From Promethearchaeati archaeon SRVP18_Atabeyarchaeia-1 (GTDB taxonomy: Archaea; Asgardarchaeota; Atabeyarchaeia; Atabeyarchaeales; Atabeyarchaeaceae), in assembly GCA_037308085.1 (NCBI GenBank), contig CP147779.1, forward strand, positions 1,764,512 through 1,796,511: DNA of 32,000 bases. Reading direction: 5' to 3'. The position numbers were made by a program, and so were the translations under genes. The notes below the pieces were generated by a model. It saw nothing but the letters and a program-made list of their open reading frames with translations, was not told the DNA's origin and made no database searches. Positions 1 to 7,979 of the stretch are shown piece by piece. How positions within the stretch are numbered: position 1 is the first letter of the stretch; each line of letters begins with the position of its first letter.

Positions 1-135
1 CATGCCCTCCATAGCCCCTTCTCTCTGATGATATGACTGGCTCGCTTGTGCGATACACTGACCGTTCGCAGCCCTCAATCTGAACCTGTACTTTCCGCTC
101 TTACCTTTGAAAAGCTCCCACTTACCTTCCGGCAT
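1..135 (-). CDS. YegP/DUF1508-like small protein, N-terminal part only (gene runs off the left edge)
   Basis: Not in the ORF track because it has no stop inside the window. The reverse complement of 1-135 reads ATG(135-133) MPEGKWELFKGKSGKYRFRLRAANGQCIAQASQSYHQREGAMEGM. This matches the G-K-YRFRL-A-NG-x-IA-S-x-Y pattern of the DUF1508 repeat. A GGGAGG box (plus-strand cctccc, 144-149) lies 8 nt upstream of the ATG. Confidence 0.6.
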   Translation of the reverse strand, partial: MPEGKWELFKGKSGKYRFRLRAANGQCIAQASQSYHQREGAMEGM

Positions 136-181
136 TTAGAAAACCTCCCTTTATGTGTGCTGACTTGTATATCGCTTCATC

Positions 182-189
182 TATAAAAA
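182..189 (-). promoter_or_regulatory. TATA-like box (tataaaaa), candidate promoter of the DUF1508 gene
   Basis: An A/T octamer 47-54 nt upstream of the ATG at 135. This leaves room for a short leader containing the GGGAGG box. Orientation is not resolvable from sequence alone. Confidence 0.3.
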
Positions 190-408
190 CGCTCCCAATC
201 TGGAATTGCTCAACTGGCTGTGGGAGATCTGTCGGTGGTCGTAAGAGAGAGGCGCTTTCTCGCACCGGGATACTTGTTTTGATGTTGGCGCGATGTCAAT
301 ATCCTTATAAGCGAAGTTTTATCTCGCGTGAGTGAAATCCCAGATTTCGGCGGAGGGAAGCGGAGTGGCGCCGCGACTGGATTTCTGGTTTTCTTGCTTG
401 GTGGAACC

Positions 409-1833
409 ATGGGCAGAAACGAGAAGCAACGCGCTACCGTTATCGGAGTCGTTGCGGCTTCTTTTTTGACTGGGATCAAGCTGATCGCAGGTATACTGAG
501 CAATAGCCTCGCTGTTCTAGCTGAGGCGGCGCATTCAGGTCTAGACCTTGCTTCAGCGGCTCTCGGGTTCTTCGCCATAAGAGTCTCAAGTAAGCCTGCC
601 GACAAGGAGCACCAGTATGGACATGGCAAGGCTGACACGATAGGAGGGTTCTTCGCAGCGCTTTTTCTTCTTGTGACATGCTTTTGGATCATCTCGGAAG
701 GTTACAGCAGACTAGTCCATGGAGGAGTCGGGCTGGACATTACTCTTTTGACCTTTGCCGTGATAATGATCTCGATAGCCGTGGACACCGAGAGAACAAT
801 AGTATTTCGCAGAATCGGAAAGAAAACCGGAAGTCCAACCATCCAAGGGGAAGCCCTGCACTTTGCGAGCGACATTGCGAGCTCATTTGCAGTGCTAGGT
901 GGGCTCGCCCTCGTGAGCATTGGATACGTGAGTCTCGACGTGTATTTGGCGCTCGCCATAGCGGTGTACTTTGGGTACACCAGCATACACCTAGTGGTCA
1001 GCAGGACCAATGAGCTTATCGACAGAGCCCCATCCCAGCTTCGCGGTCAAATTAGACGCATCGTGAAGTCGGTTGACGGAGTCGAATCCTGTGACCGGGT
1101 ACGCGCAAGGAGAAGTGGTTCCGAGCTATTCGTCGATCTCGTCATAAGCGTCCATCCTAGGACGCCATTCGTCGCGTCTCATAGAATCGCCTCCAAGGTT
1201 GAGAAGGCAATCAAAAAAGAGTTCAAACAAAGTGATGTTGTCGTACACGTCAACCCAGGTTTCTACGGAGAAGAGATCATAGACGAAATCAGGGAACTGG
1301 CACTTGCTGAAGGCGCCTCGGGGGTACATGGAGTTGAGATAGAATCCCATGGAGAAAGCCAGCGGATCAACTTTGACTTGGAGTTCCCAGGATCAACGTC
1401 GATTGGCAGAGGTCATGAAATTGCCTCTAGAGTGGAATCAGAGCTGCGAAAGGCGTTTCCAGAAATCACTGTAGTAACCACGCATCTTGAGCCAGAAGAG
1501 ACAAAACAAGGGGCCCAGAAGGTTGATAGCAGGACACTCGTGGACAGAATCAGTGCCATAGCAGAGTCGAGAAAAGGTGTCCAGAGCTGCCATGAAATCT
1601 ATGTGACCAAGATCGGCGATAATCTGCATGTGAGCATGCACTGCAACTTCGATGAGCGTCTCACGATCGCGAAGGTTCATGACATAATTTCATCATTGGA
1701 GCAGGAAATAAGGAGAGATTTGAAGGAAGTCGCCGATGTCACGATTCATTCTGAACCTATGCCCCTCAAGCCATTGTCGACGATGCCAGTAAAAAGTGTA
1801 GAATCAGACAAGAATCTGGGAAAAGCAGGATAG
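409..1833 (+). CDS. Cation diffusion facilitator (CDF) metal efflux transporter with three tandem C-terminal cytoplasmic domains
   Basis: ORF track 328..1833. I prefer the ATG at 409 (GGTGG 5 nt upstream) over the GTG at 328, which has no ribosome-binding site. The two HxxxD metal-site motifs are present (AAHSGLD and ALHFASD), as is the HQYGHGK loop. Three repeats of the CDF C-terminal domain follow, each ending in H-x-x-P (HVNP, HLEP, HSEP). Confidence 0.85.
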   Translation: MGRNEKQRATVIGVVAASFLTGIKLIAGILSNSLAVLAEAAHSGLDLASAALGFFAIRVSSKPADKEHQYGHGKADTIGGFFAALFLLVTCFWIISEGYSRLVHGGVGLDITLLTFAVIMISIAVDTERTIVFRRIGKKTGSPTIQGEALHFASDIASSFAVLGGLALVSIGYVSLDVYLALAIAVYFGYTSIHLVVSRTNELIDRAPSQLRGQIRRIVKSVDGVESCDRVRARRSGSELFVDLVISVHPRTPFVASHRIASKVEKAIKKEFKQSDVVVHVNPGFYGEEIIDEIRELALAEGASGVHGVEIESHGESQRINFDLEFPGSTSIGRGHEIASRVESELRKAFPEITVVTTHLEPEETKQGAQKVDSRTLVDRISAIAESRKGVQSCHEIYVTKIGDNLHVSMHCNFDERLTIAKVHDIISSLEQEIRRDLKEVADVTIHSEPMPLKPLSTMPVKSVESDKNLGKAG

Positions 1834-1878
1834 GCGGGACTAGGCCCGCCAACACTTCGGACAAACACGAACAAAAAA
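1833..1878. terminator. Convergent terminator region: GC hairpin plus T6 run on the minus strand
   Basis: GGCGGG (1833-1838) and CCCGCC (1845-1850) form a stem directly at the CDF stop codon. aaaaaa at 1873-1878 reads TTTTTT on the minus strand, 37-42 nt after the stop of the 1915..2652 gene. Confidence 0.35.
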
Positions 1879-1914
1879 GCCGATCCTCAAAGAGAGGTAT
1901 TGTTCCGCTGCATC

Positions 1915-2652
1915 TCATTTCTTGAGGAGTCTAATTGTGTCTTTGTCCGTTCTCGAAACTATGCCTTTCTGCTCAAGCGATTCGATTGCCTTGGTCACGC
2001 TAGCAGAATTGATCTTAGTCGTCTTCTTCAGATCGTCTATCGAGATCTGACCGTTCTCACCGATTAGCTTGGACACTATGGTGACCTCAGGAGGTTCGGA
2101 TTTCGTCTCACTCAACAGGAAGTGCGTAATCGGCTCCTTCTCCGACAGCTCCTTGGTTTTCCGCTGGAACTCGCTCCTTGCGTTCTCCAAGGTTTCAAAT
2201 TCCTTTTCGTTTGAAAGGTTCAAGGTATCGAGGTTCCCATGGACGCTATTTGACTCTTTTTCGAGCTCCACGAGTTGAGCTTTTAGCGCATCGGCTTTGG
2301 TCTGATATTGTTGAAGGGTACTCTGCATCTTGTCAATTTCCTTCTGGTTGTTTTTGATATCGGAAGAAGCTGATGAGTATCTCTTTTCGGTTTCCTTGGT
2401 CTTCTGCTCCAGCTGGTTGACTTCCGTCTTCAGTTCCTGCCTCCTCTCTTCGAGTCTCTCAATATTCTCGTCATGCACACCCATTTTCTTGTTGAATTCT
2501 CCCTGCTCTGCGCTAACCCTGACCGCTGCCTCTACGACCTTCCGGCTTTCACTTGAGAACGTGTCCCTTGCCTTTTGGATCGAGTTCTCCAGCTCGGTTA
2601 TCCTCGCCTCGCTCTTGTTAATCAATTCTCTAATTTTGTCAATTTCGGACAT
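1915..2652 (-). CDS. Coiled-coil protein with C-terminal winged-helix (wHTH) domain, paralog 1
   Basis: 245 aa. Residues 1 to ~175 are E/K/Q/L-rich, heptad-like sequence. The last ~60 aa (ISIDDLKKTTKINSASVTKAIESLEQKGIVSRTDKDTIRLL) fit a winged-helix pattern. GGAGGT lies ~9 nt upstream of the ATG at 2652. Confidence 0.8.
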   Translation of the reverse strand: MSEIDKIRELINKSEARITELENSIQKARDTFSSESRKVVEAAVRVSAEQGEFNKKMGVHDENIERLEERRQELKTEVNQLEQKTKETEKRYSSASSDIKNNQKEIDKMQSTLQQYQTKADALKAQLVELEKESNSVHGNLDTLNLSNEKEFETLENARSEFQRKTKELSEKEPITHFLLSETKSEPPEVTIVSKLIGENGQISIDDLKKTTKINSASVTKAIESLEQKGIVSRTDKDTIRLLKK

Positions 2653-2680
2653 TTTGCTTCAACCTCCAATGTTCTAACTC

Positions 2681-3442
2681 TCAATCCTCCAAGTGGCGGA
2701 GAACTCTGACGTCTCCCGCCTTCGAGTCGTACTGGAGAAATGCCTTTTTCGCTAGCGGCTTGATTATAGACTCGATTTCATTCCGCTTCAGCTGTGTCGT
2801 AGTCTCAAGATGCTGCATGGTAGTCGTGGACTGCTCCCGCAGGGCATCTATCACTCTGAGTTCGGGGAAGGATACTGCCTTCTCCTTCGCGAGTAATCGG
2901 AGGGCATTATGCTTAGCTCCCTTCGAAGCTAGTTCCAGCTGCGCATTATCGTGTGATTCTCTTAGAGATCGAATATCTGAGTCGTGCTTCTTCTTGAGCG
3001 ATTGGAGCTCAGACTTCAGCTTGTCTACCTCGCGTTTCTTGTCATTCACGGATCGCTCTAGTTCATTCACTTGCTTGGAAGCGACTGCGACTTCCTCTTT
3101 GATGCTCTCCAGCTTATTCTGGAGTTCCTTGACCTTGTCAACCTGCTCCGTGCTTGAGGTCTTCTCAGTGTAGGTAGATTGTCCCGAGGATTTCCTTTTC
3201 TCTAACTCATCGATCTCCTTTTCGGTCTGAGTTACCTTCCTTGTCTTCTCGTCTTCGGTCTTACTCCTGTCTTTGACTTGTGACTCAAGGCGCCTGCCGA
3301 GGTCTGAGACTGCATTTAATGCATCGGATAGGTTCTTGGATTCCCTGTCCACGGCGGACAAGGCGTCTTTCATCGCCGCTTTCATCTTGTTAAGAGCAGA
3401 TGTCATATTTGTGATCTCGGACATATTAGAAAATACCCCCAT
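2681..3442 (-). CDS. Coiled-coil protein with C-terminal winged-helix domain, paralog 2
   Basis: 253 aa with the same architecture and length as the downstream gene. The tail PELRVIDALREQSTTTMQHLETTTQLKRNEIESIIKPLAKKAFL aligns with the paralog 1 tail. The true start may be the second ATG at 3424 (MSEI..., the same N-terminus as paralog 1). A TATA-like tttaaata on the minus strand lies at 3488-3495. Confidence 0.75.
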   Translation of the reverse strand: MGVFSNMSEITNMTSALNKMKAAMKDALSAVDRESKNLSDALNAVSDLGRRLESQVKDRSKTEDEKTRKVTQTEKEIDELEKRKSSGQSTYTEKTSSTEQVDKVKELQNKLESIKEEVAVASKQVNELERSVNDKKREVDKLKSELQSLKKKHDSDIRSLRESHDNAQLELASKGAKHNALRLLAKEKAVSFPELRVIDALREQSTTTMQHLETTTQLKRNEIESIIKPLAKKAFLQYDSKAGDVRVLRHLED

Positions 3443-3444
3443 TC

Positions 3445-3846
3445 TTATCCATGTGGATGCTGATGGAATATCTCATTGCTAAACGCATATTTAAACAAGT
3501 AGAACGGGAATTTCAAAAACCACTTCCTCTCTTTTTCTGGTGCGGCACTCCAAGTACTAGCGGGCATTGACTTTCGAGCTTTAATAGAGAAAGCACAGCC
3601 TGAGACTGCATCTTCAACCACGCAAAAACCATTGTCGTCGAGCCGATTTCTTGCCTGATCAATTGAAGGGAAATTGGCTGGCTCATGAGGAACGAACCTG
3701 AATGCATTTGAAGTCCATTCAGCTACCGCACACACACCGTTACCGCACGAATCACCGGGTTCGGTGGGCTGAGAGGGATGCCTTGGTCTCGCGATTGCAT
3801 GCCGGGAAGCGATGCTTGCTGAGACCCTTTTCCTAATCTCGCCCAT
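3445..3846 (-). CDS. Hypothetical 133-aa ORF (doubtful)
   Basis: It is the only long ORF in the 3443-4102 gap. It has no GGAGG box upstream, I recognise no motif in it, and the candidate promoter of the downstream gene lies inside its 3' end. Confidence 0.2.
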   Translation of the reverse strand: MGEIRKRVSASIASRHAIARPRHPSQPTEPGDSCGNGVCAVAEWTSNAFRFVPHEPANFPSIDQARNRLDDNGFCVVEDAVSGCAFSIKARKSMPASTWSAAPEKERKWFLKFPFYLFKYAFSNEIFHQHPHG

Positions 3847-4102
3847 GTCGTATCATGGCCACGCTGCACTAGAAACGTGGCTAGCGCTAATGCACGCGTT
3901 GCTCACTGGAGTTCTCAGACGGCGGCAGAAAAGCAGGACGAGATCAATATGACGACCACGAAATGGGTAGCCCTCCAACAAATAGGAAACCGATATCAGA
4001 CACCTCGTCATCGTTAGTTGACTACGTACAGGTTCGCTTATCATGAACGTTGGAGAAAAAGAGGAATGAACATCGGATAGGAAGAGATCATGTGCATTAC
4101 TC

Positions 4103-4489
4103 ATGGCAGCGGCAATCATGGCAACGATCGTCACCGCAACAGCAACCACAACACTCAACCCCACGGCAACACCAACAAGAACACCACAAATCAATGCGAC
4201 CCCAACGATAAACCTCACAACACCTCCACCACAAACGGAGTGGAGCAGGACGTACGGAGGAACAGGCGATGACATTGCGTATTCGGTTCAGCAGACCTCC
4301 GACGGTGGATACATCGCGGCAGGATACACGGATTCCCTCGGTCTCGGGTCGCGTGACTTCTGGCTCGTGAAGATCCAAGGTGGCGGGGCAGGGGAAGGAC
4401 TCCCATTGTTTGTCATAATGGGCGGAGTGGCTGCAGTAGCGGTAGTCCTAGCAATCTCTATAATCGTCCTGAAGAAGAGGAAGGCATAG
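4103..4489 (+). CDS. Small putative cell-surface protein: Thr/Pro-rich linker, one beta-propeller-type repeat, C-terminal TM anchor with basic tail
   Basis: 128 aa. The T/P-rich stretch (TATATTTLNPTATPTRTPQINATPTINLTTPPPQ) is followed by WSRTYGGTGDDIAYSVQQTSDGGYIAAGYTDSLGLGSRDFWLVK. That unit is normally iterated many times in archaeal and bacterial surface propeller proteins. The protein ends LPLFVIMGGVAAVAVVLAISIIVLKKRKA. Confidence 0.55.
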   Translation: MAAAIMATIVTATATTTLNPTATPTRTPQINATPTINLTTPPPQTEWSRTYGGTGDDIAYSVQQTSDGGYIAAGYTDSLGLGSRDFWLVKIQGGGAGEGLPLFVIMGGVAAVAVVLAISIIVLKKRKA

Positions 4490-4977
4490 GCATGAGTCAC
4501 GTTCTCTAACCTAGCTTCTCCCCCTATTTTTCTGTTGGGATTGCAGCTATCTCTTTTACTGTACTTCTTCTTACTGATCGCAGCATAGAGCCCTAATTGT
4601 TTCAAAACAAGTATGGACAAGAAGTGTTGAAGTTGAATCGAGAACACTGGGAAGCTGAGATGAAGAAATACGGTACAGACTTGATGAAACATTCCTAGCA
4701 CGCTTCTGAAACGCAGGATCCAAGAAGGATACAATACAGTCTCCGTGTGCACTGCAAAGATGAACGCATATTTGAGCCAGAGGAATGTGGGTGATAGAAA
4801 TCCCGTTCGCATCTTTCTAAACTGAGGGGAGAGAACCGCTGGATTAGTCTTCTGGAAAACGGGAGGTAAAGCGTTCTCTCCACGATGTCCAGGAATCCAT
4901 GCAGAGCTGGAATAGCGGCTCCATGTTGACCTTATCCGTGCTTCATCAGCCTAGATCGGTTGGAAAGGATGCATAAT

Positions 4978-6081
4978 CTAGTCAGGAGCAAATTTGTACT
5001 GGCTCAGTCCCAGTTCGGACTTCAATGTCAGCAGATCCCTGAGGATGCTTTTGTTGATTGGGATCCCGTTCTTGCGTCTCTCTAGCTCGATGTAGTACTC
5101 CTTTTCTCCCGCTGTGTAGATGCGCTGCTGCCCTGGCGCTTTCTTGGAGTTCCTGAGCGCCCTGCAGATGTTGCCTGCAATTCTTCTAAAATCCTTGAGG
5201 TCGTTGAAGCTTTCGACGTTGATGGCCATGAGGAAGTGCCCCAGGAAGTAGGTCTTGGGGTTGTTCAGGTCCTTCATGAAGGGTCCACCCCAGAGAGCTG
5301 CGGAGAGAATCTCTACCGCCGCCGCATAGCCATATCCCTTGTGACCGCCGAGGGTTTCGCCCAGACCGCCCAGCGGGAGGAGAGCAGCAGTCCCCTTGCT
5401 CAGACCCTCTAGGATCTTTGGGCTATCAGTCATTATTCCACTGTGCTCATCGATGACCCACCCCTCGGGGACCGGCGACTCGGTTCTTGACAGGACCTCG
5501 ATTCTTCCTCTCTGTGTAATCGAGGTTGCGCAGTCGATCAGGAAGGGGAATTTCTCATCAGTTGGGATACCGATAGTCAGGGGGTTAGTGCCCATCATGG
5601 GTTCTACGCCGAAGGTTGGTGGTATGGATGGTCTTGCATTGGTGACCGTGATGCCGATCATGCCCTCTTTGATGGCCATCATGGAGTAGTAGCCTGCGAT
5701 CCCGAAGTGTGTTGAGTTGCCAACAGAAACCGCGCCAGTTCCGTATTGCCTCGCCTTCTTGATGGCCATCTCCATGGCGCGGTATCCTGCAACGTGACCC
5801 ATTCCATGGCCGACATCTATCCTAGCCGTTGTAGGTGTCTCCTTTAGGATCTTGATCTTAGTCACTGGTGACTGGACACCAGTCTTTATGCGATCATAAT
5901 ACATCTTGAGTCTTTGAACTCCGTGGGACTCAATTCCTCTGAGATCCGAGGTGATCAGCACCTCGGCGCAAATCGCGGCATCCTCTTTTGGACAGCCGAC
6001 CTTAAGAAAGACATCCTTCATAAAGCTCTCTAGCGTTCCCGCGTCGATATGGATGATCTCCTCAGTCAACCTAGAAAACAC
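4978..6081 (-). CDS. Ldh_2 family 2-hydroxyacid dehydrogenase (malate/L-lactate/L-sulfolactate dehydrogenase type)
   Basis: 367 aa. The N-terminal region DLRGIESHGVQRLKMYYDRIKTG and the overall length are typical of the Ldh_2 (non-Rossmann) family. Confidence 0.8.
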   Translation of the reverse strand: MFSRLTEEIIHIDAGTLESFMKDVFLKVGCPKEDAAICAEVLITSDLRGIESHGVQRLKMYYDRIKTGVQSPVTKIKILKETPTTARIDVGHGMGHVAGYRAMEMAIKKARQYGTGAVSVGNSTHFGIAGYYSMMAIKEGMIGITVTNARPSIPPTFGVEPMMGTNPLTIGIPTDEKFPFLIDCATSITQRGRIEVLSRTESPVPEGWVIDEHSGIMTDSPKILEGLSKGTAALLPLGGLGETLGGHKGYGYAAAVEILSAALWGGPFMKDLNNPKTYFLGHFLMAINVESFNDLKDFRRIAGNICRALRNSKKAPGQQRIYTAGEKEYYIELERRKNGIPINKSILRDLLTLKSELGLSQYKFAPD

Positions 6082-6236
6082 CTTCTAATCTGATATTCAG
6101 TTTATCTTCTTGAATCACATATTGAGAATAGATTCTTGCGGATATATGAAAACTGCGGATGCTGGCACGGAAGCGCCTGCCTAAAAACTGAAATATGTGA
6201 TGCGGCAGAGTTCTTTTCAGGAACGAGGTAGTCTTT

Positions 6237-6755
6237 ATGACGAAAATCCTGATTGTATACGAGTCTCAGACGGGTAACACTGAGAAGATGGCTGAAGCTA
6301 TCGCAGCAGGCGTCGGTGAGGTAAAGGGAGTTGAGTGTGAAGTCAAGAAAGTAAGCAAGGCAAGGCTTGACGACTTGGTTGCTGCGGATGCGATCATTAT
6401 GGGATCCCCGACATACTATGGAGAGATGTCTGCGGCACTGAAGTCTTTCATTGATTCGTCAGCGCAGATCCACGGGAAACTTGAAGGAAAAGTTGGGGCT
6501 GCTTTCACTAGTGCAGGAGGAACTGCAAGCGGCGCAGAAACTACTTTGCTCTCGATACTACAGACTATGTTAGTACACGGGATGATCATACAAGGTCGGC
6601 CTGATGACAAGCACTATGGTGTTGCATGCGTTGAGTCCCCCAATGAAGGAGCCACTGAGAATTGCAGGAAGCTTGGCAGGAGAACTGCAGAGCTTACCCT
6701 GAAGATTCTTGGTGGGACTGGGAGAAGGCTGCAAAGCAAAGGATCCAAGAAGTGA
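6237..6755 (+). CDS. Flavodoxin-like / WrbA-type FMN protein
   Basis: FMN phosphate loop YESQTGNTEKMA, plus MGSPTYYGEMSAALKSFIDS and GKVGAAFTSAGGTASGAETT. A GAGGT box lies upstream of the ATG. Confidence 0.8.
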   Translation: MTKILIVYESQTGNTEKMAEAIAAGVGEVKGVECEVKKVSKARLDDLVAADAIIMGSPTYYGEMSAALKSFIDSSAQIHGKLEGKVGAAFTSAGGTASGAETTLLSILQTMLVHGMIIQGRPDDKHYGVACVESPNEGATENCRKLGRRTAELTLKILGGTGRRLQSKGSKK

Positions 6756-6764
6756 AGGCGGGAA

Positions 6765-7979
6765 ATGAGACTTGGTTTTGTCGTCAACCCCGTAGCTGGA
6801 ATGGGTGGGCGAGTTGGTCTGAAGGGGACTGACGGGGTCGCCGAGGAGGCCGTAAGACGCGGGGCCAAACCGATGTCGCCAGCGAGGGCGATAGAGTTCC
6901 TAGAAGCACTAAAGAGAGATTCAGATGGCGGGAAGCGGCTTGAGTTTGTTACGTGTAGGGGATCGATGGGCGAGGATGAACTCGAACAGGTTGGGCTGAG
7001 AATTCATGAGATCCTAGCAATACCCACCAAGCGCTCTGAGGCTGGGGCTCAGAAGACGTCGGGTGAAGACACAAAGGCGGCAGTAAGATCGTTTGTCGCC
7101 GGCAAGGTTGAACTGGTGGTGTTCGTTGGTGGAGATGGGACGGCAAGAGATGTCCTAGATGCACTTGAAGAAGTCCGGTTCAGCGGAGGGTCGAGGAGCA
7201 CCTCGGCGGATGAAGAGGGTGGCGGATCGTCACCCAATACCCCTCCTGCTCTGGGGGTTCCTTCTGGCGTAAAGATGTACAGTGCAGTATTCGCGTTGAA
7301 TCCTGCCGACGCGGCCCAAATAGTCTCTCTCTACGCTGAAGGGAAGTCCCAAGTCACCGACTTGGAGGTTGTCGATATCGATGAATATGCCTTCAGAAAT
7401 GACGAGCTTTCAATACGCCTGTACGGTTACATGAAGTGCCTCTACGTACCGTCGATGAGCCAAGCCAGCAAGGAGCTCTCACCCGATTTGACTGATGAGA
7501 AAGACAACCAGGAAGCAATAGCGAAGGCAATCACAGAGGAAATGGATCCAGAAGGCCTCTATGTCCTTGGACCGGGAACTACAATCAAGACCTTGGCAGA
7601 AGCGCTTAAAGTCAAGAAGACCACGCTAGGCGTCGACATATACTACAAGGGAAAAATGGTCGGAATCGACGCCGATGAGAAAAGCATCGTAGATGAAATA
7701 GAGACACACGGAGGGAAGAAGAACGCTTGGATCGTGGTCTCGCCAATTGGCCGGCAAGGCGTGCTTTTCGGAAGAGGAAACCAACAGATAAGCCCTGCAG
7801 TCCTGAAGGGCGTCAACAGAGACCACATAATTGTCGCTGCAACTAGAAGCAAAGTGCGAGACTTGGATTGCGGAAGCATTAAGGTAGATACAGGCGACAA
7901 GGACCTCGACAGTACCTTTAGGGGGTACATAAAGGTAATGACAGATTACAGGGAGTGGAGAATGGTTCCGGTAGACTGA
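6765..7979 (+). CDS. ATP-NAD kinase family protein (AcoX-like)
   Basis: N-terminus MRLGFVVNPVAGMGGRVGLKGTDG and the GGDGT motif (VFVGGDGTARDV). It starts 9 nt after the flavodoxin stop, so it is probably co-transcribed. Confidence 0.75.
   Translation: MRLGFVVNPVAGMGGRVGLKGTDGVAEEAVRRGAKPMSPARAIEFLEALKRDSDGGKRLEFVTCRGSMGEDELEQVGLRIHEILAIPTKRSEAGAQKTSGEDTKAAVRSFVAGKVELVVFVGGDGTARDVLDALEEVRFSGGSRSTSADEEGGGSSPNTPPALGVPSGVKMYSAVFALNPADAAQIVSLYAEGKSQVTDLEVVDIDEYAFRNDELSIRLYGYMKCLYVPSMSQASKELSPDLTDEKDNQEAIAKAITEEMDPEGLYVLGPGTTIKTLAEALKVKKTTLGVDIYYKGKMVGIDADEKSIVDEIETHGGKKNAWIVVSPIGRQGVLFGRGNQQISPAVLKGVNRDHIIVAATRSKVRDLDCGSIKVDTGDKDLDSTFRGYIKVMTDYREWRMVPVD

Noticed and set aside
328-408. N-terminal extension of the CDF gene from GTG 328
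   Set aside because: The extension has no ribosome-binding site and reads as non-homologous Gly-rich sequence. The ATG at 409 has a GGTGG box and gives a normal CDF N-terminus.
210-1013. ORFs antisense to or in alternative frames of the CDF gene (160, 67, 111 and 102 aa), plus the 153..335 ORF
   Set aside because: They overlap a gene with clear family motifs or lie in the divergent promoter region. I recognise no motifs in them and they are rich in Arg/Ser/Pro.
2330-3173. Plus-strand ORFs of 115 and 137 aa opposite the coiled-coil genes
   Set aside because: They are Ser/Leu/Phe-rich mirror images of the Glu/Lys/Gln-rich minus-strand coding sequence. They have no ribosome-binding site or motif. 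These are typical antisense shadow ORFs.
3853-4406. Minus-strand ORFs (140, 93 and 63 aa) and a 60-aa plus-strand ORF overlapping 4103..4489
   Set aside because: They have low-complexity Val/Gly/Cys/Arg compositions generated by the antisense or alternative frames of the Thr/Pro/Ala-rich linker. The plus-strand frame contains a recognisable repeat and TM anchor, so it is preferred.
4288-4883. Minus-strand ORFs of 174 and 62 aa
   Set aside because: They have no GGAGG box, and the 174-aa ORF runs about 200 nt antisense into the 4103..4489 gene. The composition looks non-coding. I kept only a note about the long spacer.
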